Source: Octopus vulgaris (taxonomy: Eukaryota). Taken from it: 64,000 nucleotides of DNA. This document shows positions 25,850-41,277 of the stretch, in pieces (position 1 is the stretch's first letter; each line of letters starts with the position of its first letter). The translations under genes were made by a program, and so were the position numbers. The stretch spans positions 39,866,001 to 39,930,000 of the forward strand of contig OX597820.1 of assembly GCA_951406725.2 (NCBI GenBank), read 5' to 3'. Below the pieces are notes generated by a model. The model did not search any database and was not told the DNA's origin. It saw only the letters and a program-made list of their open reading frames with translations.

Positions 25850-27715
25850 GGTTATAATGAAGAACTGTAAGCAGTACCAAAAAACACTTATGCATGGCCT
25901 GGATAGACTTCAACAAGGCTTACGACATGTTGCCGCATTCTTAGAATTTGGAAACACTCGACATGCATGCATAGTTGGAAAATGCGTCTTTCCTGTAAAA
26001 ACCATCATTTAGCCGACGTAACAACCAAAAGAGGTATCTTCCAGGGAGACATTTGTTCACCACTGTTATTTGCTATAGCCTTGATCCCACTTTGTTTAGT
26101 CCTACGTAAAATCAACGTGCACTATGAGTTGAGAAATTACGGACCTCGTTTCAACCACCTTCTCTTCAAGGGTGATTTATAACTGTTCGCAAAAAACAAA
26201 GCCTGAAATGGAGAGGCTGGTTGAGACTGTGCAAATGTGCAGCAAGGATATACGGCTGGAATTCGGTATCTCGAAGTGTGAGGTGCATATTTTGAAGCGG
26301 GGGAAAAGAATAAATTGTAAGGGCATAGAATTACCAAATGGAGAGAAAATAGGAGGCCCAGATGATGATGGGTACAAGTAGCTTGGGATCCTGGAGCTGG
26401 ATAATATCCTGCACAGATAAATGAAAGACAACGTCACCACTGCATATTTCAAGCGCCTGAAACCTCTCATGAAACCGAAGAAACCTTGTGACTATCATCA
26501 ACATATGGGCTGTTAGTCTGCTATAGTGCACCCATCCTGAGATGGACACAAGTGGAGGTTGACCAACTCGATCGCACTACCCGACAGACAATGACAATGC
26601 ATGATGCCCTCCACCCTAAGGTAAATGTACACAGGCTCTACATGAAAAGATGTAAGGGTGGACGTGGCTTGATTAGCGAACGGGAGTGCATCAGCAGTGA
26701 AAGAAGGAACATGACAGAATATTTGGTAAACGGGAAAGGAGACTTGCTACAATATGCTGCAAGTGCAGAAGGATTTAACAAAAATGGACTTGAGAGTGCT
26801 CATGAATTCCGAACAAGAACAGCCAAGAGAGAAGAAACACCCCCCTCCGTATGGAATTACATAGTCAGTTCAACCATGAAACCAACAAATTAAAAGACCA
26901 GGAAGCATCATGGAGGTGGCTCCAGAAGGGTGACTTAAAAAAGAATACTGAAAGCCTAATCATCAAGGCCCAGGACAAGGTATTAAATATCAACTCAGTG
27001 CAAAAGAATATATACCACACAAGTGCATCGGACTCCTATAGAATCTGTGAGAAGAGAGTCGAAATTATGATTCACATTGTTAGTGCTTGTGAAAGTCATG
27101 CGCAGAAAGAGTACAAACGTAGAGATGACAAAGTAGCCCAAAATCTCGACTGGCTACTATGCCGTAAGTATGGATATGAGTTTACGTGTGCTCTGTACCG
27201 TCATGCACCGGAAAAGGTAATGGACGAAAAGGGGAAGGCAAAAATCCTCTGGGACTTTGATTTCCAGACAGACACAGTGTTAGAGCACCGAAGGCCAGAT
27301 ATAGTAATCTTTAGGAGGGACAAACAAGAGTGCCTAATAATCGACGTAGCAGTGCCAGGAGATCAACACATCATCATGAAAGAACGAGAAAAGTTGATAT
27401 TTATGGAGACCTGAGAATTGAGATTGCTAAGATGTGGCAGTTACGAGAATCGAACATAAAGGTTATCCCTATTGTCATCGGAGCATTGGGTTCAATACCA
27501 ACCAATCTAAAAAAGCATCCGAAAACCTTAGAAATACCCTACAATCTAGACGTATTGCAAAAATCGGCATTACTTGGAACTGCCCGCATATCGCGTAACA
27601 TACTGTCTGAGAGCCTTGCGACTTGACAGACAGAACAAAACCCCGGTAGACACAATATCTTCAATCAACAACCTCACGATATTGTATACTCTTCGACGTC
27701 TATAGTAATGATAAT
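25850..27715 (+). pseudogene. Dong/R4-type LINE, 5'-truncated and frameshifted (RT, CCHC, RLE)
   Basis: AWIDFNKAYDMLPH, GIFQGDICSPLLF, RLYMKRCKGGRGL, LIIKAQD, KILWDF...RRPDIV...IIDVAVP, IVIGALG, LQKSALLGTA; (TAA)n on both sides. Confidence 0.9.
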
Positions 27716-27727
27716 AATAATAATAAT

Positions 27728-27761
<34 letters not shown>

Positions 27762-28096
27762 GGGGAGCATCATAGCCATGTGTTGAGAGGGATTCTTTGG
27801 GGTTTGAATAATTCACCTCTGGAAACATGGGTGGTTCTTTCAACATCCTTAAACAACCCTTATTCAGGGACCTTTTGAGCGGGATGGGCTACTCAACCTG
27901 AAGAAAATTCTAACTGGGCCCCACCTGCAAGGTCATGTGCTGTTTATCTTGATATGAGATCACCATGTCGCGCACATATGGTTGTGATGCATGTGCCTGG
28001 TGTACCCTTATCAGACGGGTAGTCATGATGGGTATATTGGGCTTCGTATATTTTACCCCAGTGTCACTTTGATGGCATGAACTGCTCTCTCACTCA
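27762..28096 (+). mobile_element. Non-coding repeat between (TAA)n tracts, probably the 3' UTR of a short Dong-type insertion
   Basis: 335 bp of non-microsatellite sequence ending CTCTCTCACTC(AAT)n, between two Dong copies; no ORF. Confidence 0.45.
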
Positions 28097-28234
28097 ATAA
28101 TAATAATAATAATAGTAATAATAATAATGATAATGATAATGATGATGATGATGATGAGGATAGTAATAATAATAATAATAATAATAGTAATAATAATAAT
28201 AATAATGTTAATGATGATGATGATGATGATGATG

Positions 28235-28302
<68 letters not shown>

Positions 28303-28303
<1 letters not shown>

Positions 28304-30115
28304 TCTGCATAGCCCTAATACCCCTTACAAGTGAATTAAACAGAACAGGATATGGGTATAAAATTGCCAATAAAAAAATAAGCCATCTATTTTATATGGA
28401 TGACTTAAAACTTTATGGTAAAGACAATAATGAACTTGAAGGCCTATTGCGCACCGTGAAAGCATTCAGCTATGATATCGGGATGGAGTTTGGACTTGAG
28501 AAGTGTGCCAAGGCCACTTTCCAGAAAGGGAAAGTGAAGACCACAAATTCAGTCGTGTTAGATGTTGACACAGTCATAAGAGAGCTTGAGCAAGAACAAA
28601 CATACAAATATTTAGGGATAAATGAAGGCTCTGGTATTCAGCATGCAAGCATGAAAGAGAAAATCAGGAAGGAATGTTATAGGAGAGTTCGTGCAGTCTT
28701 GAAATCTGAACTAAATGCACGTAACAAGGTGTTAGCTATAAATTCCTTAGCAGTTCCAGTTGTTACTTATAGCTACAATGTGTTGAACTGGAATATGAGT
28801 GAAGTAAAGAATATAGATAGAAAAATACGCAAGCTGCTGAGTTGTAATAGGATGCACCACCCAAAGGCAGACGTAGATCGCCTTTACCTTCCCAGAGCCC
28901 AAGGAGGTCGAGGCCTGATCCAATTTGAACTAGCTTACAAAACAACCACAATTGGACTGGCCAAATATCTCGAAATATCGAATGACTGGATGCTAAAGCT
29001 CGTGGAAAATCACGAGAGACGAAAGAAGCTTCATTCTATCATAAAGGAAAGCAAAAAATTTGCTACTGATCTCGTGCAGGATACCCAAACTGAACAACCC
29101 GAGGGAAGTACGGCAACTATTGTTGCAAAGAAGGTGAAAATGATGGCAATGAAAAAAGCGCACGAGCAACTGGCTGATAGGTGGGAGGAGAAACCTCTGC
29201 ACGGCAAATATGTGACCCGCAGCAAACAAGCTGATGTTGACCAGAAGCAAACCCATCAGTGGCTACGGAGCTCAGGGCTAAAAGCAGAGAGCGAAGGTTT
29301 CATCCTGGCTGCTCAAGATCAAAGCCTATTAACCCGGAACTACCAGGCCAATGTGATGAAAAATGGAGCAGACCCAAAATGCCGATTCTGCAACGACATG
29401 ATTGAAACAGTGGACCATCTAATCTCTGGATGTAAAGTCTTAGCACCAGTGGAGTATAAATTAAGACATAACAGAGTTGGCCAATATCTCCACTGGCTAA
29501 TAAGTCGGCATTACAATATCAAAACTGCCGACAAGTGGTATAATCACCACCCTGAGGCTGTAACTGAAGGAGAAAATGTAACCATTCTGTGGGACTTTCC
29601 AGTACATACAGACCGAACCATCAAGGCCAATAAACCAGATATTGTTGTGAAAGACCAAAACAATAAAGTTTGCTTATTGATCGACATGAGCATCCCCTGT
29701 GATCATAATATCTCAGCGAAAGAGTTTGACAAGCTCAGAAAATATAAAGACCTACTCATTGAAATTGAGAAAATGTGGCATCTCAAGGCGGTTACAATAC
29801 CAGTGATCGTAGGAGCACTAGGAATGATCAAGAAGGGAACCGAAAATTAAATGAGAATGATCCCTGGCTTACCATCCCTGCAAGAAGTGCAAAAGATTGT
29901 CTTAACTGGTACATCACACGTATTGAGAAGAGCATTGTCGATGTGAGAACTGTTGCTGCTCATGTATTTTAATTTAACTTAAAAAAAAAAAAAAAAATGA
30001 ACGAACTACTGAGTTTGGTTTAATGGCCTACCAATGTATACTATGAGTTTCTTTGCCCTAGGAGTCGGGAAGACACTCGGCAAGAAATGGAAGTAAATTT
30101 GAAAGAAGAAAAAAA
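28303..30115 (+). mobile_element. Young Dong/R4-type LINE, 5'-truncated within RT; ORF 28303-29946 with one premature stop
   Basis: FCIALIPL...SHLFYMDDLKLY, FGLEKC, YKYLG, GGRGL, CRFC..ETVDHLISGC, KPDIV..LIDMSIP, VIVGALG; TAA at 29848-50, then the frame continues LQEVQKIVLTGTSHVLRRALSM*. Confidence 0.95.
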
Positions 30116-30933
30116 AAGTAATAATAATAATAAGAAGAAGAAGAATAAGAAGAATAAGAAGAGTAATATGATGATGATGATGAAGAGGAGGAAGTTTCAA
30201 AGATAAAGTCCAGAGTGGTATTTAAATAGAAAAATGTTTGGTATGGACTCCTTTGAATAATAATAAATATGATGATTATGATGACAATTATAATGATGAA
30301 AGTGATGTTAATGATGAGAGGAATTATAATATCAACAAAAATATTAATATTTTTAGAGAAATAACAAAACAATATTAAGACGAGAACATGAGCTATTTTC
30401 TTTACATATTTGTTTATTCTTTTAATTTTGCTGTTAGTTCTTAAAATTTGATTTAATTGAATGCCTTAATGATTTCATTAAATTAATTTTCTAACTCACA
30501 TATTTGCTTGCAGGCAAACAGCAAAGTTGGACAAGAAAACAAAGAACAAAAAGCAAAAAGAAACATAAAATAAAACCAAAGAAAACACAACAAAAATTAT
30601 GAATTACAGACAATTTTACATCATTCTAAGTGTCTGTAATTTGGTTTCAAGATCTCATATTTTATTCATAACTTAGAGCAGCTAGACCGTTGAACGAATA
30701 AAAAGGGTAGTACTATAATGCACACACTTTAACACGAATTACATTCGAAATGATATAGGATGTATTAATATAAAAGGAATAAATAAATAGACGTAAGTGA
30801 TATATAAGTATTATTATATAACACAATAGTAAATACACGCATACACCCACATACACACAGACACACAAGCACATAAAGATAAAGGAACTGAACGATTTAA
30901 GAAATATCAGGAAGGGAAGAAATGATATCATTC

Positions 30934-30977
<44 letters not shown>

Positions 30978-31410
30978 TGCATACATACATAGTATTTAAG
31001 CACACACGCACACGCACATATATACACATATTTATAAGTATACATGTATGTATGTATGTATGTATGTATGTATATATCTGTATTATAGGCATGTGTTTGT
31101 AGAAATATATGAGTATATGTGTGTTTGTGAGTGTGTGTGCGTTTTTGTGTACATGTGTGTGTACGAGTGAAAGGGAGATAGAGAGAGATTGACAGAGAGA
31201 TGAAAATAAGTTCTCTTTTATTGAAGATGAAAATGTTTAAAAAAGAAAATTGCAATAATTAATTTGATAAACGAATACGAATTTTTTAAATTACAAAATG
31301 GCATACACTTAAGGTTAGTGTACGAGATTAACGGACTGCTAGAAAAGGAAAAAAGAACAATAAAAGGCAGATAACAGTAACTGAAGATCGTATATAAAAA
31401 GAATATTGTA

Positions 31411-31556
<146 letters not shown>

Positions 31557-31557
31557 T

Positions 31558-31588
<31 letters not shown>

Positions 31589-31589
31589 A

Positions 31590-31657
<68 letters not shown>

Positions 31658-31658
<1 letters not shown>

Positions 31659-31845
31659 GGTGATGAGCTGGCAGAATCGTTAGCATGGTGGACGAAACGA
31701 AATGCTTAGCGGTATTTCGCCCGTCTCTACGTTCTGATTTCAAATTCTGCCGAGGTCGACTTTGCGTTTCATACTTTCGAGGTCGATGAAATAAGTACCA
31801 GTTGAACACCTCACCCTGTCTGCCCTCGTGACAAAAATTTGAAAT
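31658..31845 (+). mobile_element. SINE family A
   Basis: GGTGATGAGCTGGCAGAATCGTTAGC...GCCGAGGTCGACTTTGC...AATTTGAAA tail. Confidence 0.8.
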
Positions 31846-31899
31846 AACAACAACAGCAGCAGCAACAACAACAAGAAGAACAACAACAACAACAACAAC

Positions 31900-32400
<501 letters not shown>

Positions 32401-32636
32401 GATAAGGAAACGTTATTGGACTAACACAGAATTTGATCAAATACAAGGCTATCTAATTGATGAAATTCTACTAGCCTACTTTCTCGATTTGAACACGTCG
32501 TGTGCTCTAAAAGTGATAATTTCCAAGTGGTTTGACGATTTGGTGTCTATTTTCAGCATAGGTATAGTCACTTCTATGCTCTTATTTATAATCCTATTCT
32601 ATGCTGTTATAAATCTCTCTCTCGTTCCCTCCCTCC

Positions 32637-32669
<33 letters not shown>

Positions 32670-33057
32670 GGTATGATATATTCTGTTAAGTATGTAGTAG
32701 AGTACTGTATAAAGCTCGTCCACTTTCAGCTTTCACCGTGCTATCCAGTAGTTCATTATACGTACTTCTAGGTTAGCGTTTGGGTTTCTGTCGTGTGTGC
32801 ATAGCTGATTGAAAAAGTTTGAAGTTAGAAGACGAAGTACAGATAGACATTTATTTTCAATCACCATAATTGTTTCTATGCACTGTAGTTCTCCAGGATG
32901 TGCAGGCACTTGAATATGCAACCGTTTACCTGCAGTATGAGATCTAGTTGTGTTTCCTCAGACGATGTGTAAATATTGCCTCTGTTAGTTCCAATTCTGG
33001 GCATCAAGAGCATCCTTTCTTTCTGTGGCGTGGAGTTGGTAGTAGTCACGTTTTCAG

Positions 33058-33135
<78 letters not shown>

Positions 33136-34465
33136 ACGCAGATATGTACGTAGATGCGTATGCATATACACTCCTGTACGTAAATCTTGGATGAAATAAT
33201 TAGCTACATCAACCAAATTTTGAGAAAAATAATTATATATTACAAGTCCACAAAATCAAGAACATGCAGAAACAGTTGTTCGGATAAATTCTAGATAGTA
33301 CCTCTCTGAACTTCCTTTAATTCACTCAGTCGTTAAAGATTTTTACGCCAAGAAGTGACAATACTGTGCCATTCATATTACATAGTTTCCAAATGTTACT
33401 CAAAATTTTAAAATATTCCTCCAATAATTTGTGCTCCAGAGTTCTCAAATCCAAGGAAGTTGTTGACCTGGACTCTAATTTGGCCAGAATATAATTTTCA
33501 AAGAATTTCTTACGATTTCCTTGTTTCAGTTGCAAGGGCAGCAGCATTGTCTTAGTAGATACGCTGCTTTTTTGTTCTCAAATATTATTTTGCACGCTAG
33601 AAAACAATCCTTTCTCTAACGGCTTTATAAATTGTAGTGCAGTTATAAAGTTTCTCTAATACCTGGTTGTTATATCTGAGGTCCTATTGCTGAACGGATG
33701 AACGAAAAAAGGCTAACGCCTGATCAACACCAAATAATGCAACTGAAAAAATTGTGAAATTTCCCCACTAGATAGTGATTAATGAGTCAGGTAGGTATTA
33801 TACAGCAGTGAAATCAAAACCAACAACAGTAATGAAAAAGAGAAAAAGAGAACTGAATTGGTATTCAAAATCAAATAGGTCCTAAGTCTATCTAAAACTG
33901 AGCAATGGTCTTATAAAACTTAATATTGTTCTTACGATGAGACAAGATAATATGAAATGAAAAGGACTTAGACGGTTATGGATATATCTCAAGTTTATAA
34001 TAATGGTAGATTTAACTTTACAAATGAGGTTAAATCTTTCCTTCCGCGAGAAAATGAGTATTTTCTTTCTAAATGAACGGGAGTGTAATTGTTGGCATTT
34101 GGTTTCTTAAAAGAAAAATCTGCTATTACGTGCCTCCTTGTTTTTCGAAATTGTTCACAGGAAATTATGTTTATTTCAAAGTGGCAATCCAATTCAGTTA
34201 AATATTGTTTGAACAGAGTAACTTTACATCTATTTTATTAGTGTTCATGCTTTACGATTAAACTGTGAAGAACAAAATTACGTAACCAGGACAGCCGAAG
34301 AAAAGATAGAACACGTTACCGAGAAACGTCTATTTTATAAATATCACTCGCAAAAGATTTTTTTCCCTTTTGTTCTCTTTGCTTTCCTATAATGTATAAA
34401 AATACACATGAAAAACCGATGATTTAAGAGTAAGTAGGCTCAGATTATTACCTGAAAAAGCAATA

Positions 34466-34687
34466 AGGCGGCGAGGTGGCAGAAACGTTAGTACGCCGGG
34501 CGAAATGCGTAGCCGTATTTCGTCTGCCATTACGTTCTGAGTTCAAATTCAGCCGAGGTCGACTTTGCCTTTCATCCTTTCGGGGTCGAAAAATTAAGTA
34601 CCAGTCACGCACTTAATCGACTTAATCCGTTTGTCTGTCCTTGTTTGTCCACTCTATGTTTAGCTCTTTGTGGGTAGTAAAGAAATA
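34466..34687 (+). mobile_element. SINE family A, well preserved, with 16-bp TSD
   Basis: TATTACCTGAAAAAGC at 34446-34461 and 34688-34703. Confidence 0.9.
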
Positions 34688-34817
34688 TATTACCTGAAAA
34701 AGCTACGACACGAAACTTGGATTTCTTTAGTTATTCAGTTATAATTTATTAGAGAATTCTCTATCTTTAAATTTCAAGCTTTATAATTCAAATCTTCGCG
34801 ATGAAGAATCAAAAATT

Positions 34818-34869
<52 letters not shown>

Positions 34870-35353
34870 GCTAGCTAGCTAGCGACCTACCTACCTAGCT
34901 ATCTTTATATTCATATACATATGTGTATGTGTATGAGTATGTTTATATATACACATACATCTATGTTTGTACGGGTATAATTATATTTATTAATATGTGG
35001 AATTAGATATGTAGAGTGGTAGCTATTCAGATAGACATATATTTAGGGATGTATTTAAATTTAAAATATTTAGTAATATATTATATAATCTACTTCTAAT
35101 ATACTTATACATGTGTGCGTGTAAGTTTGTTTATAATTATACACATACGCACGTATTTATGTGTCTCTCTCTGCCTCTGTCTCTTTCTACACACACACAC
35201 ACATATATATCCAACTAAATGTACGCAGATATAAGAGTAGAAATGAAAGTGTCAGCTTGATAGAGGTAGGCAGGTAGACTATAACTTTTGTTTATTTCAA
35301 ATTATTTCTAACCAATATTTGTATTCTTATGATTTCTCAGTCTATTTCTTTTC

Positions 35354-35410
<57 letters not shown>

Positions 35411-36115
35411 GTATAAATCTCGAGTCATCTATGTGTGCAAAATATAACTTTTCAAAACAAAACAGAGGAAACTAATCTGTCAACTACAGCTTAAAGGTAG
35501 ATATGAAAACAAAGCTAAACTAGAGCTATAGCATAGAATGTGCATTTATTTACAACTTTTACTTCCGCTTCCGACTTGTACAGCCTTCTTATTTACTTTG
35601 CTCTTTTCGCAAGCACACACACACACGCACACACACGCGCGTGCACAGATACACACATACTCATATATAATTTTTTTTGTCACCTGTCTTCCGTAGTTTT
35701 GCTAACATTGCCAATTTGCTTACAATCTCCATCTTTATTCACTTGTCCAAAACATAGTTACTCCAGGGCCCTTGAAAACATAAAACATGCTACAAGGATA
35801 TAGTCAACATTTCTTTCAGTAATCTCTGATAAAAAGGAATTTCAAACACTTTTCTATTGACGAGGTTTTCTTTTCCTCACATAATGTAAAATCTTCATTT
35901 GATTTCACCTTTGTAGCTTCCAGCATCTACACAACATTGATCACACTTTTTTTTTTAACTTTTAGATGTTTGCTGTATCATTCTAGTAATACAATTGCTT
36001 TATTATTTTTATTTATTATTTTTTTTATCTCGCTTATTGTTTCCCTTTCTTGCATTGAAACTCTAGTTGTTTCGCTACAAGATATGGCCCATTTTTTCAG
36101 TGATATCGACAGCTT

Positions 36116-36200
36116 TATTATTACTATTATTATTGTTATTATTATTATTATTGTTGTTGTTATTATTATTATTATTGTTGTTGTTATTATTATTATTATT

Positions 36201-36275
<75 letters not shown>

Positions 36276-36389
36276 GTTGTTGTTGTTGTTATTATTATTG
36301 CTATTATTATTACTATTATTATTATTATCATTATTATTATTATCATTATTATTATTATTATCATTGTTATTATCATTGTTATTATTATT

Positions 36390-36440
<51 letters not shown>

Positions 36441-36540
36441 GACATCGTCGACATCATCATTATCGTCATCATCATCATCGCCGCCGCCGACGCCGCCGTC
36501 GTCGTCGTCGTCCTGATCGTCATCAGCATCATGATCATCA
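36116..36540. repeat. Compound trinucleotide microsatellite (ATT/GTT/ATC/GTC)
   Basis: Direct reading; similar tracts at 25683-25845, 31410-31657, 31845-32015, 49220-50530, 51300-51810 and 52300-52600. Confidence 0.95.
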
Positions 36541-37225
36541 TCTTTTTTTCCTTATTACTGTATCATTATTATTGTCATTTTCAGTACTATTAGCCTTTAT
36601 TTATTTATTTATTTATTTATTTATTCATATTCTACTTATTGATATTACTAATATTATTTTCTGAATATTATTTTTTTTTTACTTATTTATACATTATTTT
36701 TGTTTTTACTCTAATACGTTGTCTTTAGGAACAATAACATTATACAATAAAGAAATCACACATATATCGCCAACAATGCTTTATCCCACCTTTGCAACTT
36801 CCTCTCTATTTTTTCTATTCCCCATTTCTTCCTTAAATCTTCACAGAGCTTTTATTTGTTTTCCGCTTTTATGTTATTTTTTCTTCCGTTCTTAAAAGTT
36901 CTCGTTCCCTGCTCAGTTCTACATCTTTATTTTTTTTTATGGGTAAATAAAGCTCACAGTATATATAGGAAATATATGAAATAAATACGTGCATTCATGA
37001 ATTTCCGCATATATATTGATCTATCTGCATACACACACGCACACGCACACACAAACACACAAACACACACACTCACACACACACACATACCTTTTTCTCT
37101 CTAAAATATCTATCTATCTATCTACTTCCAAAATCCATAAGTACATATATAAATGTGTGTTTCAATAACTATATCTGTGTATACAAGTGTGTGTATGTTT
37201 ATACATACATACATACATACATACA

Positions 37226-37276
<51 letters not shown>

Positions 37277-37345
37277 CAATAATAAATCTCTGACGAAGAG
37301 AATATATATATATATATATATATAGGGAGAGAGAGAGAGAGAGAG

Positions 37346-37387
<42 letters not shown>

Positions 37388-37764
37388 GCAAATTTACTCA
37401 TGTGTATATAAATATATGTACATAGGAATGTGTTTGTACATGAGTGTTTGTATCTGAGAGCTCTTTGTATATATGCGGAACCATGGTCGTATAAAACCAT
37501 GTTACGCACATATAATGTATATATTTGTATATACATGCACAAACACACCTACACACACATATACATACAGCCACACACACACATATATATATAACTGCTC
37601 ATATATATATATGTATATATATATATATGTACGTATATATATATATATATATATATATATGAACGCACGCACATAGACACACACACACACACACAAACAC
37701 ACACATATATATATTTAATTATCATTATATATAAACATTTATATACCTATGAATGCTATGCTTT

Positions 37765-38180
37765 ATTCTCTTATTCTTTTAAATATTTTAGTCTTTTGAT
37801 TGCGACCAGTCAAGTAAATCGGACCGAAGACTTACTCTTTGTAAGCCTAGTACTTATTCTATCGGTGTTTGACCGAACCGCTAAGTTACGGGGAACGTAA
37901 ACTCACCAGCATCGGTTGCCAGGTGATGTTGGTGGGACAAACACAGACACATACATACATACATAATACATACATACATACATAGACATGTACGTACGTA
38001 CGTACATATGTACATGTACGACGGGCTTCTTTCAATTTACGTGTGCCTAATCCACTCAGAGGGCTTTGGTCAGCCCGAGGCTATAGTAGAAGACACTTGC
38101 CCAAGGTGCCATACAGTGGGACTGAACCCGGAACCATGTGGTTGAGAAGCAAGCTACTTACTACAGAGCCACTCCTGCGC
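37765..38180 (-). mobile_element. SINE family B, full length
   Basis: Reverse complement of the 5958-6356 architecture. Confidence 0.85.
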
Positions 38181-39142
38181 TTAGTATTAATATAATTATA
38201 TGTGAAGCACTTTGGTGGAGGTATGTTATATAGTTCGATTAATGAAAATGGATTATTTATAAGAGGGGAATGTAAAAAGAGGAAGAGGGAGAGTGAGAGA
38301 GCAGGAAAGAGAGAAAGAGACGATGATAGAAAAGAAAGAAAGAAAGAAAGAAAGAAACAAGGAAAAGTAAAAAGAAAGAAGGAAAAGAATAAAAAGAAGA
38401 AGAAATAAGAGTGCGAAAAGAGAAATTCTAAGCGGTATAAATGAAGCTCTGAACCACGTATAAATATCTAATAACTACCAGCAACGGTTAATCTCCGTTA
38501 CCAGCCTAAATGTATATTAACTCCAGGAGAGAACAATTGACCCGTCCTACATTGTATACTACTTATTCAACCATAAGATAGAGTTACATATATAGGCGGT
38601 ACAATCTTACTACATTCGGGTGTCTAAGGAGGCCAATGATTGGCAAAAATTTATAGGCGATGTAAAAATAGTTATGAAAAATATTTGGCATTACAATTGT
38701 AGTGAATCATGTGTTAGTTGATGTTTTATACTTACAAACATTTCTTTTACATACGAATATATGTATGCATATATATATATATGTATATATGTATATCTAT
38801 CTATCAATCTATCTCTCTCTATATATATATATACATATATATATACATATATGTATGTATATATATACATATATATATATGTATATATGTATATATATAT
38901 ATATATAGATAGATAGATACATACATATATACATATATATATACACACGCACAAGCGCCCACATGTATACTACAGGCTTCTTAATCAGTTCGACGAAGGC
39001 TAGGAGCCAAAAGTTCGAACCAATGTCACCCCTCAACTTGTGAAACATGTATGGTGCTAAAACGTATTAACTAATTCTTTTGTCGAATGTTAAATCGTTT
39101 TTATATCTATCATGCTTGGAAATCTAATTTGACGGCACTAGT

Positions 39143-39350
39143 CGAGCTAGCCGAATCGTTAGCGCGCCGGGCAAACAACTTAGTGACATATCATCCATCT
39201 TTACGTACTGAGTTCAAAACCCACCGAGGTCGACTTTGCTTTTTATGCTCTCGGACTCGATAAAATAAGTACCAGTTGAACATTGGGGTCGATGTACATA
39301 AGAAGTCCTCTCCCCCAAAACTACTGGCCTTGTGCCAAAATTTGAAACCA
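39143..39350 (+). mobile_element. SINE family A
   Basis: GAGCTAGCCGAATCGTTAGC...CCGAGGTCGACTTTGC...CCTTGTGCCAAAATTTGAAAC. Confidence 0.8.
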
Positions 39351-39620
39351 GTATCTAGCTTGACATAGAAATAAACATTAATATAAACTGGATTGGAATA
39401 AAAATTCGCACTCTTTTACGTTCGTGGCATTTATACACGTGATTGATTTCGTTTCTCTTTTGAAGAAACAATTGACATACATATATTTTCTGAACGGTGA
39501 CATTTCAACGTTTTGTTTTATCCCATTGCTGTGTGGATAGTTTATTTCTACTGCTCTTACTTTAAAAGACAAAATGGAGAAAAACGAGTTGCAGTTACCT
39601 TATTTGATACCTTTTTATTC

Positions 39621-39677
<57 letters not shown>

Positions 39678-39839
39678 AACGCTGTACAAATAGGAAAAAG
39701 TATATGTGAAGTTCGTGGAGATGGTGCTTTGGCTGAAAGATCTATTCGTAAGTGGTCCGCTTAATTTAGAAGGTTCTGGCTGGGCTAAGATCGTCCATGA
39801 TACCCAAACCATACGCTAATCAAAGAAAAAACAAAAAGG

Positions 39840-40135
39840 ACATATCTTGATCACATTACACGAGACATCACAGAGATACTCCACGCTTGGACACATGAGT
39901 CACAATGATGATTGGGTGCCTCATAACTGAACGGAAAAAATTAATAAGGCGCGTTTCTATGAGCAATTCTCTAATTTACAAAAAAATGTGGAGCGAGAAA
40001 TTGTCCTGGAGAAAAGGAAATGAAGCGCCTTTATACTCTTTAAAAGCCGACCAGTATCCGAAGAAAGCGATGCTCTGAGTATCGTGGGATTTGAAGGTTA
40101 TTGTGTATTACGTGCTGCCTCCGCAAGATTAAACA
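39840..40135 (+). pseudogene. mariner transposase relic
   Basis: WVPHN (WVPHEL motif) at ~39913; PKKAMLSI-like segment near 40058. Confidence 0.55.
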
Positions 40136-40380
40136 TTGAATTTGTACATGTATATATATATGTATACAAATATATATCTATATATATTTGTGTGTGTGTG
40201 CGTGTGTGTGTGTGTGTGTGTGCGTGCAAGTGTATATACGTATGAGAATTTGCTTTGAGATTCAAGTGCGCTTTCAAACCGCAAACGAATTCTTGTATAT
40301 ATTTACCTGCGTGGGAATACAATACACTTCTTTCCACACACACACACGCACTCGCACACACATATACGTGTGTATGTATG

Positions 40381-40452
<72 letters not shown>

Positions 40453-40764
40453 TGGATTCAATAAGAATCGAAGATCATTGACATGATGTAAGACACCACT
40501 AATTAGCTTGGAGAATCACACAGAACAACCTTGTAGATACGATTTGTATAGAATTGTATATTGACGGTAATCTTTAATTCCATTTATCAATGATCCGATT
40601 AGTAAGTCACCTTATCATATGGCAGAAATTAAAAGAAAAGTAGACGAATGAAGGATACACATACTTGGAAATTTGCAATACCTGCAAGCTTCCAAGTATT
40701 CTGAGAGTATTTACAACGATAATTATAACTTCGAGTACTATAATGTACTATACTGTTAGTTCTA

Positions 40765-40806
<42 letters not shown>

Positions 40807-40812
40807 TATATG

Positions 40813-41277
40813 ATAGAATTTCTTGTGTCGTATAGCCATCTGGAAACGATGTTTCCTAGTCTAAATGACAGTAACATTCGTTCCATCTTGGGACTGCCAC
40901 ATCACGTTGGCAAAACGTCATTACTTTATGATGTTGTTACTGAGTATCTCTCTTTGAGAGATTTAGAAATAATAATATTTCTATTTTGTAGAGTAATGGG
41001 TGAGTGTCACTTTGAAATCTATGTATTTTCGACAGCAGTTCAGTAGCGACATCTAGCCAACCAAGCTACACCACGCTGATAAAGAGCAATAACCCGTAAA
41101 CAGATTCGTGGATGCGAGGTTGGGTTGAGTGGAGGTGTTGAACTCCTCTATTCGAAAATATAAAAACACAGAATATTTTGTGTCGTATAGCCAGCTGGAA
41201 ACGATTTTTCCTGGGGATAAATAACAGTATCATTCGTCCCATCCTGGGACTGTCACATTATGTTGGCAAAAAGCCAT

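Noticed and set aside
33300-33700. Possible Tc1/mariner relic (minus, FWPN*SP...LD)
   Set aside because: Only one degraded motif is visible.
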